Positions 1 through 7,683 of a stretch of DNA of 64,000 bases are shown here, one piece after another. Position 1 is the first letter of the stretch. Each line of letters begins with the position of its first letter. The position numbers were made by a program, and so were the translations under genes. The notes beneath the pieces were generated by a model. That model was given only the letters and a program-made list of their open reading frames with translations. It did not search any database and was not told the origin of the DNA. Source of the DNA: an uncultured Clostridia bacterium (lineage in GTDB: Bacteria > Bacillota > Clostridia > Christensenellales > DTU072); assembly GCA_944372665.1 (NCBI GenBank), contig CALVZV010000001.1, positions 4,714 to 68,713 on the forward strand, read 5' to 3'.

Positions 1-732
1 CTTTTGGGCGGTATCGTGGCCATAATGCTGGTCAAGATGCTGTTCGGCGGTCTGGGCAAGAATTTCGCCAACCCTGCCGCGACCGCAAGGGTGTTCCTGT
101 TGCTCGCGTGGGGCACTCAGATGATGACCTTCATTGCGCCGATAGATTATTCTTCCGGAGTAGACGCGGTGCGGCTGTTTGCGGGGTTCGTGGACGAGAG
201 CGCATACGTCACTTCGGCGACTCCTCTGGCAGCGATAAAGGGCGCGGCTGCCGCAGGAAGTACGGACGTAAATCTTTTGGATATGTTTTTGGGGAATATC
301 GGCGGAACGATAGGCGAAACCTGCAAGGTAGCGCTGCTGGCTTCGTTGATATATCTTTTGGTATTCAGAATTATCGACTGGAAGATCCCTGCGGGATATT
401 TCCTGTCGGTGGCGTTTTTCAGTCTGTTGTTTTATAAGAACGGTTGGAACTTCATACTCCCTAATCTGATGTCCGGCGGCGTGATGTTTGCGGGAATTTT
501 CATGCTTACCGATTACACCACTTCTCCGGATACGCGTGCGGGAACCTGGATATTTGCCGTAGGCGCAGGACTTTTGACTTTGCTTATCCGCCGCTACGGC
601 GGCATGAACGAAGGCGCTTCTTTTGCGATATTGCTTATGAACCTGCTTGTTCCGCTGATAGACAAGGGCTTTAAATCGAGGCCGTTCGGGTATAAAAAAC
701 CGCCCAGAAAGCCGAAGGGGGAGGCGGTATGA
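1..732 (+). CDS. rnfD: Rnf electron-transport complex subunit D (C-terminal part; gene begins upstream of window)
   Basis: Frame is open from nt 1 to TGA at 730-732. Polytopic membrane sequence with a TSATPL flavinylation-type motif. Stop overlaps the next start (ATGA). Followed by G-E-A-B in canonical rnf order. Confidence 0.88.
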   Translation, partial: LLGGIVAIMLVKMLFGGLGKNFANPAATARVFLLLAWGTQMMTFIAPIDYSSGVDAVRLFAGFVDESAYVTSATPLAAIKGAAAAGSTDVNLLDMFLGNIGGTIGETCKVALLASLIYLLVFRIIDWKIPAGYFLSVAFFSLLFYKNGWNFILPNLMSGGVMFAGIFMLTDYTTSPDTRAGTWIFAVGAGLLTLLIRRYGGMNEGASFAILLMNLLVPLIDKGFKSRPFGYKKPPRKPKGEAV

Positions 733-1325
733 AGAAACTCAAAATCGGCAACGAAAGCGTCAGAATTGTCGTCAGCCTCAGCGTCATCGCGCTGGTGGCG
801 GCGCTGTTGCTGGCGGCGGTCAATCTGTTCACGCAGGTGAACGAAAAAGAGGAGCTGCAAAAGGCGATCGCGGAGAACTATTCCTCGCCGATTGCCGAAG
901 AAATATCCACGGACGGCTATGTCGGACTGAACGGAACGGAGCTTCAGGCGGCATATCGTGCCGAGGACGGCGCGTATATCTTTTTGATCCACGTATCAAA
1001 AGCCAACCGCGTGGGGTATTCCGCGGACGGCGTGGGCGTCATTACCGTCATAAAGGACGGCGTCATAGTCAAAGTGGCCGGATACAGTCATTCGGAAACG
1101 CCGGGTCTGGGCGCAAACGCTTTCAAGGAAGACTATTTGAAACAGTATGAGGGCGTGTCGGTCGACGATATTTACGTGCCGGACGACCTGGAGCTGACTT
1201 TCCCCGACACAGCAGGCAATTTTACGCCCGAAAAAGTGACCAGCGCGACATATACCACCAACGCCGTTTTCGCCGCGGTCAAGGGTGCGGTCAGGGCATA
1301 TAACGAATTGGGAGGCGGTCTATGA
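729..1325 (+). CDS. rnfG: Rnf complex subunit G (FMN-binding)
   Basis: 198 aa with an N-terminal TM helix and an FMN_bind-like body with EKVTSATYTT (S/T-x-A-T flavinylation motif). GGGGGAGG SD upstream. Position between rnfD and rnfE. Confidence 0.85.
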   Translation: MKKLKIGNESVRIVVSLSVIALVAALLLAAVNLFTQVNEKEELQKAIAENYSSPIAEEISTDGYVGLNGTELQAAYRAEDGAYIFLIHVSKANRVGYSADGVGVITVIKDGVIVKVAGYSHSETPGLGANAFKEDYLKQYEGVSVDDIYVPDDLELTFPDTAGNFTPEKVTSATYTTNAVFAAVKGAVRAYNELGGGL

Positions 1326-1996
1326 AAAAAACGAACCTCCGTGAAACTTTCGAACCGCTGACAACGGGCGTATTCAAGAATAACGCCACATTCAGGCTGG
1401 TGCTGGGCACGTGTCCGACGCTGGCGGTAACGACCTCGGCGCTGAACGGACTCTCGATGGGACTGGCGACGACTTTCGTTCTGGTGTGTTCCAACGCCAT
1501 AGTGTCGCTGATGAGAAACTTTATTCCCAGAAAGGTCAGAATTCCGGCGTATATTCTGGTAATAGCCACTTTTTCGACGATGGTTCAGATGATAATGCGC
1601 AAATGGCTTCCCGATATGTACGAATCGCTGGGACTTTTCCTGTCGCTGGTGGTCGTCAACTGCATATTGCTGGCGCGTGCGGAAAGCTTCGCCTCGCTAA
1701 ATCCCGTCCTGCCGTCGGTGCTGGACGGAATAGGGATAGGGCTTGGCTTCACGTTCTCGCTGACGTTACTTGGATTTATCCGCGAGCTTCTGGGAACGGG
1801 CAGCGTGTTCGGGTTCGAAATTAAGCCGCTGATCGAGGCGGGACTGCCTATGACCATATTTATACTGCCTGCCGGCGGATTCATGGTTTACGGATTCATG
1901 ATGGTGCTGTTCAACGTCGCCGTCAAAGCCGCAGAAAACAAGATAGCCGCCGTCAAAGCCGCAAAAGCGTTTAGGAGCGAGGGAGGTGACGAATAA
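1322..1996 (+). CDS. rnfE: Rnf complex subunit E
   Basis: 224 aa polytopic membrane protein. RnfE/NqrD-type motifs LGTCPTLAVTT and VVVNCILLARAE. GGAGG SD; overlaps rnfG stop. Confidence 0.9.
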   Translation: MKKTNLRETFEPLTTGVFKNNATFRLVLGTCPTLAVTTSALNGLSMGLATTFVLVCSNAIVSLMRNFIPRKVRIPAYILVIATFSTMVQMIMRKWLPDMYESLGLFLSLVVVNCILLARAESFASLNPVLPSVLDGIGIGLGFTFSLTLLGFIRELLGTGSVFGFEIKPLIEAGLPMTIFILPAGGFMVYGFMMVLFNVAVKAAENKIAAVKAAKAFRSEGGDE

Positions 1997-2577
1997 TGCC
2001 GTACGTATTGTTATTGGTAATAAACGCCGTTTTCGTCAATAACTTCGTGCTTTCGCGCTTCTTGGGCATCTGCCCGTTTCTGGGCGTAAGCAAAAAAACC
2101 GAAACGGCGCTGGGAATGGGGCTGGCGGTCATTTTCGTCATGGGCGTGGCTTCCGTGATCACCTACGCCATAGACCTTGCTCTGGTAGCCGGCGGTATGG
2201 AATACCTCAGGACGATTGTCTTTATCCTGGTGATCGCCGCGCTCATCCAATTGGTCGAGATCTTCGTAAAACGATTTTCACCTTCGCTTTACAGCGCGCT
2301 GGGAGTGTATCTGCCGCTCATCACCACCAACTGCGCGGTTCTCGGCGTTGCGATAATGAACGTCACCGAGCTGAGCACCGTCAACGTGCTCTACGCGTTC
2401 GTGAACGGTATAGCCTCGGGGGTGGGCTTCACGATCGCCATACTGATACTTGCCGGTATCAGGGAAAAGCTGGAGCTGGCGGATATTCCCGAGTCGTTCA
2501 AAGGTTTCCCGATCACGCTTATAGCCGCTTCGATAATAGCGATGAGTTTCGCGGCGTTCTCGGGGCTGAGTTTTTAG
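1996..2577 (+). CDS. rnfA: Rnf complex subunit A
   Basis: 193 aa polytopic membrane protein. RnfA/NqrE-type motifs LGICPFLGVS and PLITTNCAVLGVA. TAATG overlap with rnfE. Confidence 0.9.
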   Translation: MPYVLLLVINAVFVNNFVLSRFLGICPFLGVSKKTETALGMGLAVIFVMGVASVITYAIDLALVAGGMEYLRTIVFILVIAALIQLVEIFVKRFSPSLYSALGVYLPLITTNCAVLGVAIMNVTELSTVNVLYAFVNGIASGVGFTIAILILAGIREKLELADIPESFKGFPITLIAASIIAMSFAAFSGLSF

Positions 2578-2586
2578 GAGGTTATA

Positions 2587-3384
2587 ATGAGCGTCGCTTT
2601 GCAGATAGTTTTACCCGTGGTATTGCTGACAGGACTGGCGGTGGTGTTCGCGGTATTGATAGCCGTGTGCTCCGAAAAATTTGCCGTCAAACGCGACGAG
2701 AGGATAGACGAGATATCTTCGCTTCTTGCGGGAGCCAACTGCGGCGGATGCGGCTTTGCCGGCTGCGACGCGTTTGCCGAAGCGCTGGTCAAGGGCGAAG
2801 CCGAGGTAGGCTCCTGCGGACCCACGTCAAAGCAGAATAAGAAACTTATAGCCGAAATTCTGGGAACCCAAACACAGGAAATAATAGTCGTAAACGCGTG
2901 TTGCGGCGGTGACAAGTGCCGCGACAAATACGATTACCAGGGATACGGCGACTGTCAGTCGGCGGAGCTTCTGGCAGGGGGTAGAAAGGCATGTCCGACG
3001 GGCTGTGTGGGACTGAGCAAATGTGTCTCGGAGTGTCCTGCGGACGCGATAGAGATGGTGGACGGAGTGGCGCGCGTAAACCAGGAAAAATGCGTGCAAT
3101 GCTCCAGGTGCATAAGGTTTTGTCCAAAGCATACGCTCAAGAGGCTGCCCGGCAACGCGGTGTATTATGTGGCATGCTCCAATCCCGCGCGCGGCAAAGA
3201 CGTCAGGAACGTCTGTTCGTCAGGTTGCATAGGCTGCGGACTCTGCGCCAGGAACTGCCCCGAAGGCGCCATCACGATGGAGAACAATCTGCCCGTATTC
3301 GACTATGACAAATGCGCGGCATGCGGCGTATGCGCCGAAAAATGTCCGTCGAAGTGTATTCTTTCGCTCAAAAAGCCCTCCTGA
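2587..3384 (+). CDS. rnfB: Rnf complex subunit B (polyferredoxin)
   Basis: 265 aa with an N-terminal TM helix and a CGGCGFAGC motif, followed by several CxxCxxCxxxCP 4Fe-4S motifs. TAGGAGG SD. Confidence 0.87.
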   Translation: MSVALQIVLPVVLLTGLAVVFAVLIAVCSEKFAVKRDERIDEISSLLAGANCGGCGFAGCDAFAEALVKGEAEVGSCGPTSKQNKKLIAEILGTQTQEIIVVNACCGGDKCRDKYDYQGYGDCQSAELLAGGRKACPTGCVGLSKCVSECPADAIEMVDGVARVNQEKCVQCSRCIRFCPKHTLKRLPGNAVYYVACSNPARGKDVRNVCSSGCIGCGLCARNCPEGAITMENNLPVFDYDKCAACGVCAEKCPSKCILSLKKPS

Positions 3385-3391
3385 GATTTTT

Positions 3392-3853
3392 TCAGTACAA
3401 AAGAGCGAACGACAGCGCGCTTAAAACGGCGTACCATACCGCTATCGAGGCGACGGGGAGCAAAAGAGCGGGGGATCTGTCAAGATAGAACAGAGTCAGT
3501 TTCATACACACGATAAACGCCGTCAGTATCAGCGTAAAGGCGAAAGCGAACAGGCGCGCCGCGAAAAGCGCGTAAGCCGCCGCAATTTTGAGCGCTCCCG
3601 AAGTTATCCATAAAACGGTGCATTTTCTCAGTTTTTTATCGGCAAACGTAACGGTAAGCGCCAGCGTTTCGCATAAAAACACAGCCGACCATATCCATTC
3701 GAAGACCCGTGCTTCGGGCAGAAAGCGTATATTCATGGAGCTTATGACGCTTGCCAGAGCTTCTTCGGATGCGAATATGCCCGACAAATAGCCCGTCACG
3801 AACACATACAGCAGCGCCAGAGTCAGCGAAAGCAGTTTTACGTAAAGTTTCAC
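3392..3853 (-). CDS. Small 5-TM membrane protein, possibly TspO/MBR-like (function tentative)
   Basis: The only plausible minus-strand gene. The ORF-track version (3392..4111) has an Arg-rich, antisense-looking N-terminus that overlaps the lipoprotein gene. It is trimmed here to GTG at 3851-3853 (alternative ATG at 3734-3736). Five hydrophobic helices and a Trp/aromatic-rich C-terminus. Confidence 0.5.
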   Translation of the reverse strand: MKLYVKLLSLTLALLYVFVTGYLSGIFASEEALASVISSMNIRFLPEARVFEWIWSAVFLCETLALTVTFADKKLRKCTVLWITSGALKIAAAYALFAARLFAFAFTLILTAFIVCMKLTLFYLDRSPALLLPVASIAVWYAVLSALSFALLY

Positions 3854-3953
3854 CGTAAATTTTATTGCGCCGCCGTTATATTTAGAATAAGGCACAAACC
3901 GGCACTGCGCAAACCGGGGAACAAAATTTAAGACGATTTTCACCTGCCGTACA

Positions 3954-3983
3954 TTGACTTGAACGCGCGCGCGGTGATAAAAT
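3954..3983 (+). promoter_or_regulatory. Sigma-A-type promoter for the lipoprotein-tsaC unit
   Basis: TTGACT (3954-3959), 18-nt spacer, TG-n-TAAAAT extended -10 (3975-3983). The -10 ends 7 nt before the ATG at 3991. Confidence 0.45.
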
Positions 3984-3990
3984 ATATAAT

Positions 3991-5817
3991 ATGAAGAAAA
4001 AATTCGTTGCGCTGATGATATTGACCGTACTCGTCGTCGTGTCCGCGGCGGCGTGCGTGGAAAAAAAAGGAGACGAAACCGTAACGAGCGTCTTCGAAAA
4101 CTTTTCGTCAACGGGCGAATATACCAAAGCTTCGGTCAGGCTGACGCTTGACTCAGGACAGACTTTTACGGGCTACGACGCCGCCAGCAACACGTTCATA
4201 ATAAAGGAAGAAGTCGAATTTTACGAAGGGTATTCCCAAACCAGGTACGGTTTTGCGGACGCAAACCGCGTCCTTGTAGATCCGGGCGAGGACGGATATC
4301 TGCAGATACTGGACATCAACGGCGACCACGCCATTGTCGTGGCTTCGACTTTCGTTGACGGTAACGAAACGGCGTTCGTCGGACTTGTCCGTTTCCGCGG
4401 TCAATACGGCGTTTTGCAGTACGGCTACAGTCACCGTTTCGCTCCGCTGATACAGCAGTTCACTTTCCTTAACGAAAAGTACGTTGCGGTTTTGGGGGAT
4501 ATGACGAACGCCAATCCAGAAAGCGGATACACATACGCAACCATCTACGACTATTCTTCGGCAAACAAGCTGCTGGAAGTGGCGCGCGTTCCCGACGCGG
4601 ACAACGGCACGCAGTTTGTTTTCAACGACGGGTATCTCGTCGCGGTCCATACCTCGTATGCCGAGTTTTACAGCCTCGGAGAAGCCGATTCCGAGGGGTA
4701 CCTGATAAAGAAAGCCGAAGTCAGACTAATTTCCGGCGCCGCTTATACCGAAAACGGTTTTTCGACTTCGGCTTATTATATCGGCGGCGGCTGGTTCATC
4801 GTCTCCACGTCTTACGCTGCTGAAACCGAGTACGACGGTTACGAATTCACCAGGACGGAATCCGACGGAACTACCTATTTCATGGAAATATCCAGCGTAA
4901 AAATTTCGATGCAGTCGCTTAAGAGCTTTCCTACCGAAAGGGTGGTCATGGTGGCTAACCGGTACACGGAAAACTATGTCAGAGGCTTGGCGGACAGCAT
5001 TACCGCCGAGGACGTTGCCAACGCGGCGCTGTGGAAATCCGTATACGCCGTGCCCTTGACCGCGTCGTCGCAGCTAATTAAATCCGGATACTCGATAGTG
5101 TATTATTACTATTATTTTTATAACGACGAGGACAAGACCCGGCGTACGTGGTCGACGTCGTTTCAGATATACGATTCCTCCGGCGAAGCCATGGTGCTTT
5201 CAAACATGGCGATGCCGGTGGTGTTCGTGGACGGATACGGTCTGCAGACCGCAGATCCTAACTTCAATATCGCGCTCAGAGACGTGGGATATCATAAGTA
5301 CTCCGACGGCAGCCGCGTGTCGCTTATAGCGCTCGACCCCGACAACGGATACCATAACGCATTTATACACGGAGGAGTCATAATTTCTTTCAGACAGCAC
5401 GTCGACCAGTCGGGATTCAGTTCCAACGTAGGAGCGGTAGGTGTGGACGGCAAAGTGATACTGCCGTTCGAATATGACGCCGTTTCCCCGTTTTTCGGCA
5501 ATTACGCCACGGCATCCCAAGTAGTCGATTACGCCGACGACGGATCCATAGCTACTCAGGCGTTTTTCCGCGTTGCCAAAGACGGCACTCGGACTTCGAT
5601 ACCGGAGTGTTACCAGATGCGCAACGGCACGTACGTCACCTATAACGCCTCGCGCGGTAAATACGGACTTAATTCCAATTCCGGAACGGTTTTGATTAAG
5701 GCGGAATTCGACAGCGTTTCCACCGTGGATTACATGTATGCTTCGGGAAAGGTTTTCGCCGCGTCATATGCCGTTACGGAATCCGACGGGCGTGGAGTTT
5801 TGTATGAACTCGGTTGA
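3991..5817 (+). CDS. Lipoprotein of unknown function (608 aa; WG/KWG-like repeat segments near C-terminus)
   Basis: Signal peptide with lipobox: MKKKFVALMILTVLVVVSAAAC. Long soluble body. C-terminal segments such as GKYGLNSNSGTVLIKAEFDSV and DGKVILPFEYDAV resemble WG-containing repeats. Confidence 0.75.
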   Translation: MKKKFVALMILTVLVVVSAAACVEKKGDETVTSVFENFSSTGEYTKASVRLTLDSGQTFTGYDAASNTFIIKEEVEFYEGYSQTRYGFADANRVLVDPGEDGYLQILDINGDHAIVVASTFVDGNETAFVGLVRFRGQYGVLQYGYSHRFAPLIQQFTFLNEKYVAVLGDMTNANPESGYTYATIYDYSSANKLLEVARVPDADNGTQFVFNDGYLVAVHTSYAEFYSLGEADSEGYLIKKAEVRLISGAAYTENGFSTSAYYIGGGWFIVSTSYAAETEYDGYEFTRTESDGTTYFMEISSVKISMQSLKSFPTERVVMVANRYTENYVRGLADSITAEDVANAALWKSVYAVPLTASSQLIKSGYSIVYYYYYFYNDEDKTRRTWSTSFQIYDSSGEAMVLSNMAMPVVFVDGYGLQTADPNFNIALRDVGYHKYSDGSRVSLIALDPDNGYHNAFIHGGVIISFRQHVDQSGFSSNVGAVGVDGKVILPFEYDAVSPFFGNYATASQVVDYADDGSIATQAFFRVAKDGTRTSIPECYQMRNGTYVTYNASRGKYGLNSNSGTVLIKAEFDSVSTVDYMYASGKVFAASYAVTESDGRGVLYELG

Positions 5818-6811
5818 ATATAACACGAAAATAGCGGGCGAGGAAGCTATTGACGAAGGCGCCGCAATCATCCGTAGCGGAGGACTGGTCGCTTTTCCGA
5901 CCGAAACCGTGTACGGACTGGGGGCGGACGCGTTCAATGCCGACGCGGTAAAAGGTATTTTTATCGCCAAAGGCAGACCTCAGGACAATCCTTTGATAGT
6001 GCATATCCCTTCGGCAGACTGGCTCGGCAGGGTCGCCGCATACGTTTCCGATACGGCGGTAAAACTATTTGAAACCTTCAGCCCCGGACCGTTGACCGTT
6101 GTGGTGCCGAAGATAGATTCGCTGCCGCTTGTTACAAGTGCGGGTCTCCGGACAGTGGGGATAAGGATTCCGAACAATAAAATAGCGCTTGAACTGATAC
6201 GTCGTGCGGATACCCCGATAGCGGCGCCGAGCGCCAACAGAAGCGGCAGGGTAAGTCCCACCAGGGCGTATGACGTTTTCGAGGACATGCGCGGAAGGAT
6301 ACCGCTGGTCATCGACGGCGGCAGCACCGACGTGGGCATAGAATCCACGGTGGTTTCCGTAGTCGGCGAACAATGCACCGTACTGCGCCCCGGTGCCGTC
6401 ACGCTGGAGATGATATCCGACGTTGTGGGACACGCGGTCAATTTCCACGGCGAGGTCAAGGTGGCGGAGGCGCCCGGAATGAAATACCGTCATTACGCTC
6501 CCGTCGTGCCTTGCATAGGAGCAAGATCTCCCGCGGCGGCGGCAAAGGAAGCGCTGTCGCATCCGGGCAGCGCGGTCGTCGCTTCGTCGGCTTTTGCCGC
6601 CGAAGCCGTTGCTAAAGGCGCCCCTGTCGTGATAGATATCGGCGCCACTCCGGAAGCGTGTATGAAAAACGCTTTTGCGGCGCTGAGAGAAGCCGAAAAG
6701 CGGTATTCTTATATCGTCATCGAGCATTTCGAAGGGCGCGAAGGATACTATGCGCTTGACAACAGACTGTCCAAATCCTATGCGGGCTGTCTTTGCCAGG
6801 ACGCCGAGTGA
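5804..6811 (+). CDS. tsaC: L-threonylcarbamoyladenylate synthase, Sua5/YwlC type
   Basis: VAFPTETVYGLGADAF...AKGRPQDNPLIVHI YrdC-domain motifs plus a Sua5 C-terminal domain. Start moved from 5738 to the ATG at 5804 (MNSVEYNTK...), which overlaps the upstream stop. Confidence 0.85.
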   Translation: MNSVEYNTKIAGEEAIDEGAAIIRSGGLVAFPTETVYGLGADAFNADAVKGIFIAKGRPQDNPLIVHIPSADWLGRVAAYVSDTAVKLFETFSPGPLTVVVPKIDSLPLVTSAGLRTVGIRIPNNKIALELIRRADTPIAAPSANRSGRVSPTRAYDVFEDMRGRIPLVIDGGSTDVGIESTVVSVVGEQCTVLRPGAVTLEMISDVVGHAVNFHGEVKVAEAPGMKYRHYAPVVPCIGARSPAAAAKEALSHPGSAVVASSAFAAEAVAKGAPVVIDIGATPEACMKNAFAALREAEKRYSYIVIEHFEGREGYYALDNRLSKSYAGCLCQDAE

Positions 6812-6833
6812 AACGTAAACGGGAAATTGCCAC

Positions 6834-6862
6834 TTGTCATTATCGGGATTTTGATATATACT
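6834..6862 (+). promoter_or_regulatory. Sigma-A-type promoter upstream of rpiB and the V-ATPase operon
   Basis: TTGTCA (6834-6839), 17-nt spacer, TATACT (6857-6862). Followed by a 7-bp hairpin CGCGTTA-agc-TAACGCG (6878-6894) in the 5' UTR. Confidence 0.45.
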
Positions 6863-6917
6863 ATATTATTATACGTGCGCGTTAAGCTAACGCGGCGGAA
6901 TTGTCTTCGGAGGGAGT

Positions 6918-7364
6918 ATGACTATAGCGATAGGCTCCGACCACGGCGGAATAGTCCTTAAAGACGCGGTGATCCGCGCGATACGGTCGTTGGGAATGGA
7001 ATATGTCGATTACGGCACTTTCACGACCGATTCGGTAGATTATCCCGACTTTGCCGAAAAGGTCGCCGTAGCGGTTGCTAAGGGCGAACAGGACAAGGGC
7101 GTTTTGCTGTGCGGTACCGGAATAGGGATATCGATAGCCGCCAACAAAGTGCACGGCATCCGCTGCGCGCACGTCACGGACGCTTTTTCCGCTCAGATGG
7201 CGGCGGAACACAACAACGCCAATATTCTGGCGATGGGCGGAAGGATCACCTCCCCGGAGGACGCCTACGAATTTACCAGGATATTCCTGACTACGCCTTT
7301 TGCGGGCGGCAGGCACGCCGTACGCGTCGATAAAATAATGCGTTTGGAGAAACTTAATGGATAA
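6918..7364 (+). CDS. rpiB: Ribose-5-phosphate isomerase B
   Basis: 148 aa. MTIAIGSDHGG..., LLCGTGIGISIAANK and NILAMGGR are typical of the RpiB/LacAB family. GGAGGGAG SD. Confidence 0.9.
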   Translation: MTIAIGSDHGGIVLKDAVIRAIRSLGMEYVDYGTFTTDSVDYPDFAEKVAVAVAKGEQDKGVLLCGTGIGISIAANKVHGIRCAHVTDAFSAQMAAEHNNANILAMGGRITSPEDAYEFTRIFLTTPFAGGRHAVRVDKIMRLEKLNG

Positions 7365-7683
7365 TTTGAACGAACTGCTTGCCGGAGTGCTTGACGCCGA
7401 GAAAAAAAGCGCCGATATCAATGCCGCCGCCGTCAACGAGGCGCGCGAAATCACTCTGGAGGCCGAGCGCGAAGCCAAAAGGCGCATGTATAGCGCAAAA
7501 GAAAGGATCAAACAGGCGATGAGCGAATACGCCGAACAGGTTAAGGCGGAAGCCGAGGCGTACAGAGCCGAGATAGTGGCGTCCGGCGGCGTACTGGGCG
7601 ACACGGCGGTAAAGGCGGCGAACCTGAAAAAAGCCGAAGAAACGATAGTGGAGGCGTATCTGAAAAAGCATGGCTGTCGTTAG
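7357..7683 (+). CDS. V-type ATPase peripheral-stalk subunit G/H-like coiled-coil protein (position of E. hirae NtpF)
   Basis: 108 aa, Ala/Glu/Lys-rich coiled coil. It is the first gene of the V-ATPase cluster and overlaps both rpiB and ntpI. Confidence 0.6.
   Translation: MDNLNELLAGVLDAEKKSADINAAAVNEAREITLEAEREAKRRMYSAKERIKQAMSEYAEQVKAEAEAYRAEIVASGGVLGDTAVKAANLKKAEETIVEAYLKKHGCR

Noticed and set aside
3380-3400. A possible bidirectional terminator between convergent rnfB and the minus-strand membrane gene (CTCA…TGAG followed by T6).
   Set aside because: The stem is only 4 bp with an 11-nt loop, which is too weak to call.
3392-4111. The full-length 239-aa version of the minus-strand ORF.
   Set aside because: The first ~86 codons are Arg-rich nonsense that overlaps the promoter and the first 120 nt of the lipoprotein gene. 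The hydrophobic protein begins further in. I trimmed it to 3853, but the start remains uncertain.
5738-5803. N-terminal extensions proposed by the ORF track for tsaC (5738), ntpE (10170), the NYN-like gene (23416), comM (32379), aspS (41532), nifU (46589) and hrcA (50056).
   Set aside because: In each case an internal ATG with a proper SD reproduces the conserved family N-terminus and removes an overlap with the upstream gene. The extended residues look like out-of-context sequence.
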